Assembly: GCA_965233585.1 (NCBI GenBank)
Contig: CBDDTI010000746.1
Coordinates: 288,001-352,000, forward strand
Source: a bacterium
Lineage (GTDB): Bacteria; SAR324; NAC60-12
Length of the DNA stretch: 64,000 nt
Direction of reading: 5' to 3'
The notes below the pieces were generated by a model, which worked only from the letters and a program-made list of their open reading frames with translations, was not told where the DNA came from and made no database searches. Numbering within the stretch: position 1 is the first letter of the stretch; each line of letters opens with the position of its first letter. Made by a program: the position numbers and the translations under genes. This document shows positions 61,673-64,000 of this stretch, piece after piece.

Positions 61673-62158
61673 TTAATTATTTTGATTTTGTAAGTGGATT
61701 TGAAACAGCTTTGCACAGGCTTTCGCATCGCTCAAAGCATCGTGATGATTGAGAGGGATATGATAATGATGACACAGCGAAGACAAGTCTTTTTTGAATA
61801 TTCTGTAAGTGCAAAACTTTTGATATGGTGGTTCTTTCATTCCGTAGTATTCAAGGGTTTTGCTCAAAACGTCAAAATCAAAACTAAAACCATTGTGTGC
61901 AACAACATTTTGGTTTGTGATGTAGGGTTCTATCTTGTGCCAAATTTGATTGAAAGTTGGGGATTGAGCGGTCTTTTTTGAGTCTATGCCGTGAATATCA
62001 GTAAAGTCGCCCCAATAATAATTATCAGGTGGCTTGACCAATAAACTCATTTCTTGAGTGACACACCCCTGTTCTACCCGAACCAGTCCGACTTGGCAAA
62101 TACTGAAACGATACCCTTGGGCTGTTTCAAAATCTATTGCTGTAAAATTTTCCATCAA
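61673..62158 (-). CDS. DEDDh 3'-5' exonuclease (DnaQ-like)
   Basis: AIDFETA, VVAHN..FD, HHDALSDA. Confidence 0.9.
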   Translation of the reverse strand: MMENFTAIDFETAQGYRFSICQVGLVRVEQGCVTQEMSLLVKPPDNYYWGDFTDIHGIDSKKTAQSPTFNQIWHKIEPYITNQNVVAHNGFSFDFDVLSKTLEYYGMKEPPYQKFCTYRIFKKDLSSLCHHYHIPLNHHDALSDAKACAKLFQIHLQNQNN

Positions 62159-62384
62159 TCTAACTCCTGAAATTAAAAAAGCTCCTATTCTATCTCTTTT
62201 GAAAAAAAACGCAAGTTGTGGGTTTAGGTTAGCAATGGATGCAGGTTGTCATTGCAGGCTTTTCCTCAAAGTTTTCTACCATTTCAACCTCCTGAAATTC
62301 AAAAAGCTCCTATTCTGTCTCTTTTGAAAAAAAGTCAAGAGTTTAAGCAAAGGTTTGTTTCATAGGTGTTTTTTGGGTAGGAAT

Positions 62385-63605
62385 TTAAAGGTTTTGGATT
62401 TGTTGTTTGGAAAGTCCAGTAGCAAGGCAAATGGTTTCAATGTCAATGCCTTGAGCAAGCATGTTTCGGGCAATGTCAAGTTTCTCTGCTTGCCTTCCTT
62501 TTTCCATTCCTTTTTCCATTCCTTTTTCCATTCCTTTTTCCATTCCTTTTTCCATTCCTTTTTCCATTCCTTTTTCCATTCCTTTTTCCATTCCTTTTTC
62601 CATTCCTTTTTCCATTCCTTTTTCCATTCCTTTTTCCATTCCTTTTTCCATTCCTTTTTCCATTCCTTTTTCCATTCCTTTTTCCATTCCTTTTTCCATT
62701 CCTTTTTCCATTCCTTTTTCCATTCCTTTTTCCATTCCTTTTTCCATTCCTTTTTCCATTCCTTTTTCCATTCCTTTTTCCATTCCTTTTTCCATTCCTT
62801 GCTGAAGACCTTCTTCTTTGCCTTCTTGCCTTCCCTTTTCCATTCCTTTTTCCATTCCTTGTTGGAGACCTCTTGCCATTCCTTTTTGAAACCCTTGTTT
62901 AAGTTGAAGTTGTTCAGCACCTTTGATGATGGCAACAAACTCTTGTCTTTTATAGACGACCTCTAATTCTTCAGGAGATAGCCCTGCTTGATTGACCAGA
63001 TGCAAGGCTTCTTGAATGGTTGGGTCAAAAGTTTGGGGAATCTCTTGTAACCCTTCTGCATGCTTGATGCAATAAATCCACTCTTCTTGCAACTCTTTGA
63101 GTTCATCTAAAGGCTTTTGAAACTTTGGGAGTTCCACAAAAATCAATTCAATGTCATCAGAATACTGACTTAAATTCTTCTTCTCTAACAACTTGAAAAC
63201 ATTGATGATTTGGTCGTTGTCTTCAAACATGATGAAATCAAGGATATTGAGTGCAATGACAGGATTGAGCAGATGATACTCGTTGCCTTTCACCAGTTGC
63301 ATAGAGTAGTTTTTACAAGCATTGTAGAGGATTCTCTTCTCAAAGCCTTCATGGTTGACGACCTGCATCTCAATCAGAACTTGCTGACCTGTGTCAAGTT
63401 TCGCTTTGACATCAACAAAGGTGATTTTCATACCCTCTAACAAAGGTGGATTATAAGGGTCTTGAATCGTCAGGTCTTGAATGGTCTGCTGATGAGGGAA
63501 CTCAATCAGCGAATTGAGAAAGCTGATGAGTAGGTCTTTGTTCTTCTCATCTCCAAACAGCATCTTAAAGGCGTAATCTGTTTTAAGGTCTAAAAATTTC
63601 ATCAT
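62385..63605 (-). CDS. Rpn/YhgA-like PD-(D/E)XK nuclease with an expanded C-terminal repeat
   Basis: DYAFKMLFG, LISFLNSL, DVKAK...IEMQV, FVELPKF, IARNMLAQG.DIETI..ATGLS. Confidence 0.92.
   Translation of the reverse strand: MMKFLDLKTDYAFKMLFGDEKNKDLLISFLNSLIEFPHQQTIQDLTIQDPYNPPLLEGMKITFVDVKAKLDTGQQVLIEMQVVNHEGFEKRILYNACKNYSMQLVKGNEYHLLNPVIALNILDFIMFEDNDQIINVFKLLEKKNLSQYSDDIELIFVELPKFQKPLDELKELQEEWIYCIKHAEGLQEIPQTFDPTIQEALHLVNQAGLSPEELEVVYKRQEFVAIIKGAEQLQLKQGFQKGMARGLQQGMEKGMEKGRQEGKEEGLQQGMEKGMEKGMEKGMEKGMEKGMEKGMEKGMEKGMEKGMEKGMEKGMEKGMEKGMEKGMEKGMEKGMEKGMEKGMEKGMEKGMEKGMEKGMEKGMEKGMEKGRQAEKLDIARNMLAQGIDIETICLATGLSKQQIQNL
62497..62796 (-). repeat. 25 perfect 12-bp tandem repeats (GMEK)
   Basis: cctttttccatt x25, with further degenerate units to about 62890. 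Confidence 0.95.
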
Positions 63606-63959
63606 GTTTCTATCTCATCTCATCTACAAAAGTAGATATTTGAAAAGGTTATCAAAATTTCCATTATTGAGTAGGGAGTAGAATCTGTCAAGATTTTGGG
63701 AGCGAGAGGAAACCTCTCAAAAGAAGAAAGGAAATCAAGCAGAACCCTTTCGTCATTGAGGTCTACCGCAATCTCACTTGACTGATGGCTTGTCATTGGC
63801 GTGTACTTAGTTTCATTCTACCAAAAACTATTTTTGTCTCAGAAAGATTCAATAGTGTTCTACTGACTGAACCTTTGGCTTTTCAAACAATGATATTGAA
63901 AGAATGTGATGAAAGTCTTAACATCATTGGTCAAACTGAATCCTCAAAAAAAATCATCT

Positions 63960-64000
63960 ATGAATCCATTTGACGCTATTGCTTTTGACTTTGACGGGGT
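63960..64000 (+). CDS. Start of a HAD-family hydrolase (runs off the window)
   Basis: MNPFDAIAFDFDG, HAD motif I. Confidence 0.65.
   Translation, partial: MNPFDAIAFDFDG

Noticed and set aside
62355..62966. FFHS, KKEW and PFSI repeat ORFs
   Set aside because: Alternative frames of the stop-free 12-bp repeat within the Rpn gene

Overview
A 64 kb AT-rich bacterial chromosome segment. Gene content suggests a Gram-negative, deltaproteobacteria-like organism, but the taxon cannot be fixed from sequence alone. A housekeeping backbone (ilvC, typA, tsaE/tsaB, argB, ftsA/ftsZ, ettA, metA, mutY, speA, larE, rmuC, dsbD, yacG, mutL) is interrupted by three accessory zones. (1) 1.5-10.8 kb: an EcoR124-like type IC restriction-modification locus with no hsdM in the window, cut at an IS1 that lacks a target duplication. 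A class-1 UG/Abi (DRT4/AbiK-like) reverse transcriptase sits between hsdS and hsdR, and its start codon is in frame with a duplicated HsdS C-terminal helix. One palindromic repeat family linked to a GxxExxY gene marks most module junctions, including the junction between the two HsdS halves. (2) A four-member surface lipoprotein family (0.7, 34.0, 37.7, 40.2 kb) shares a promoter and has a hypervariable C-terminus. In three copies a poly-G tract in the signal peptide puts the gene out of frame. The genes lie among arrays of REP-like hairpins with compensatory stem changes. (3) 58-63.6 kb: a defence island with two DUF262 genes, a DEDDh exonuclease and an Rpn gene carrying 25 perfect 12-bp repeats. 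No rRNA, tRNA or CRISPR array was recognised. All family assignments come from motif recognition by eye; no searches were run.
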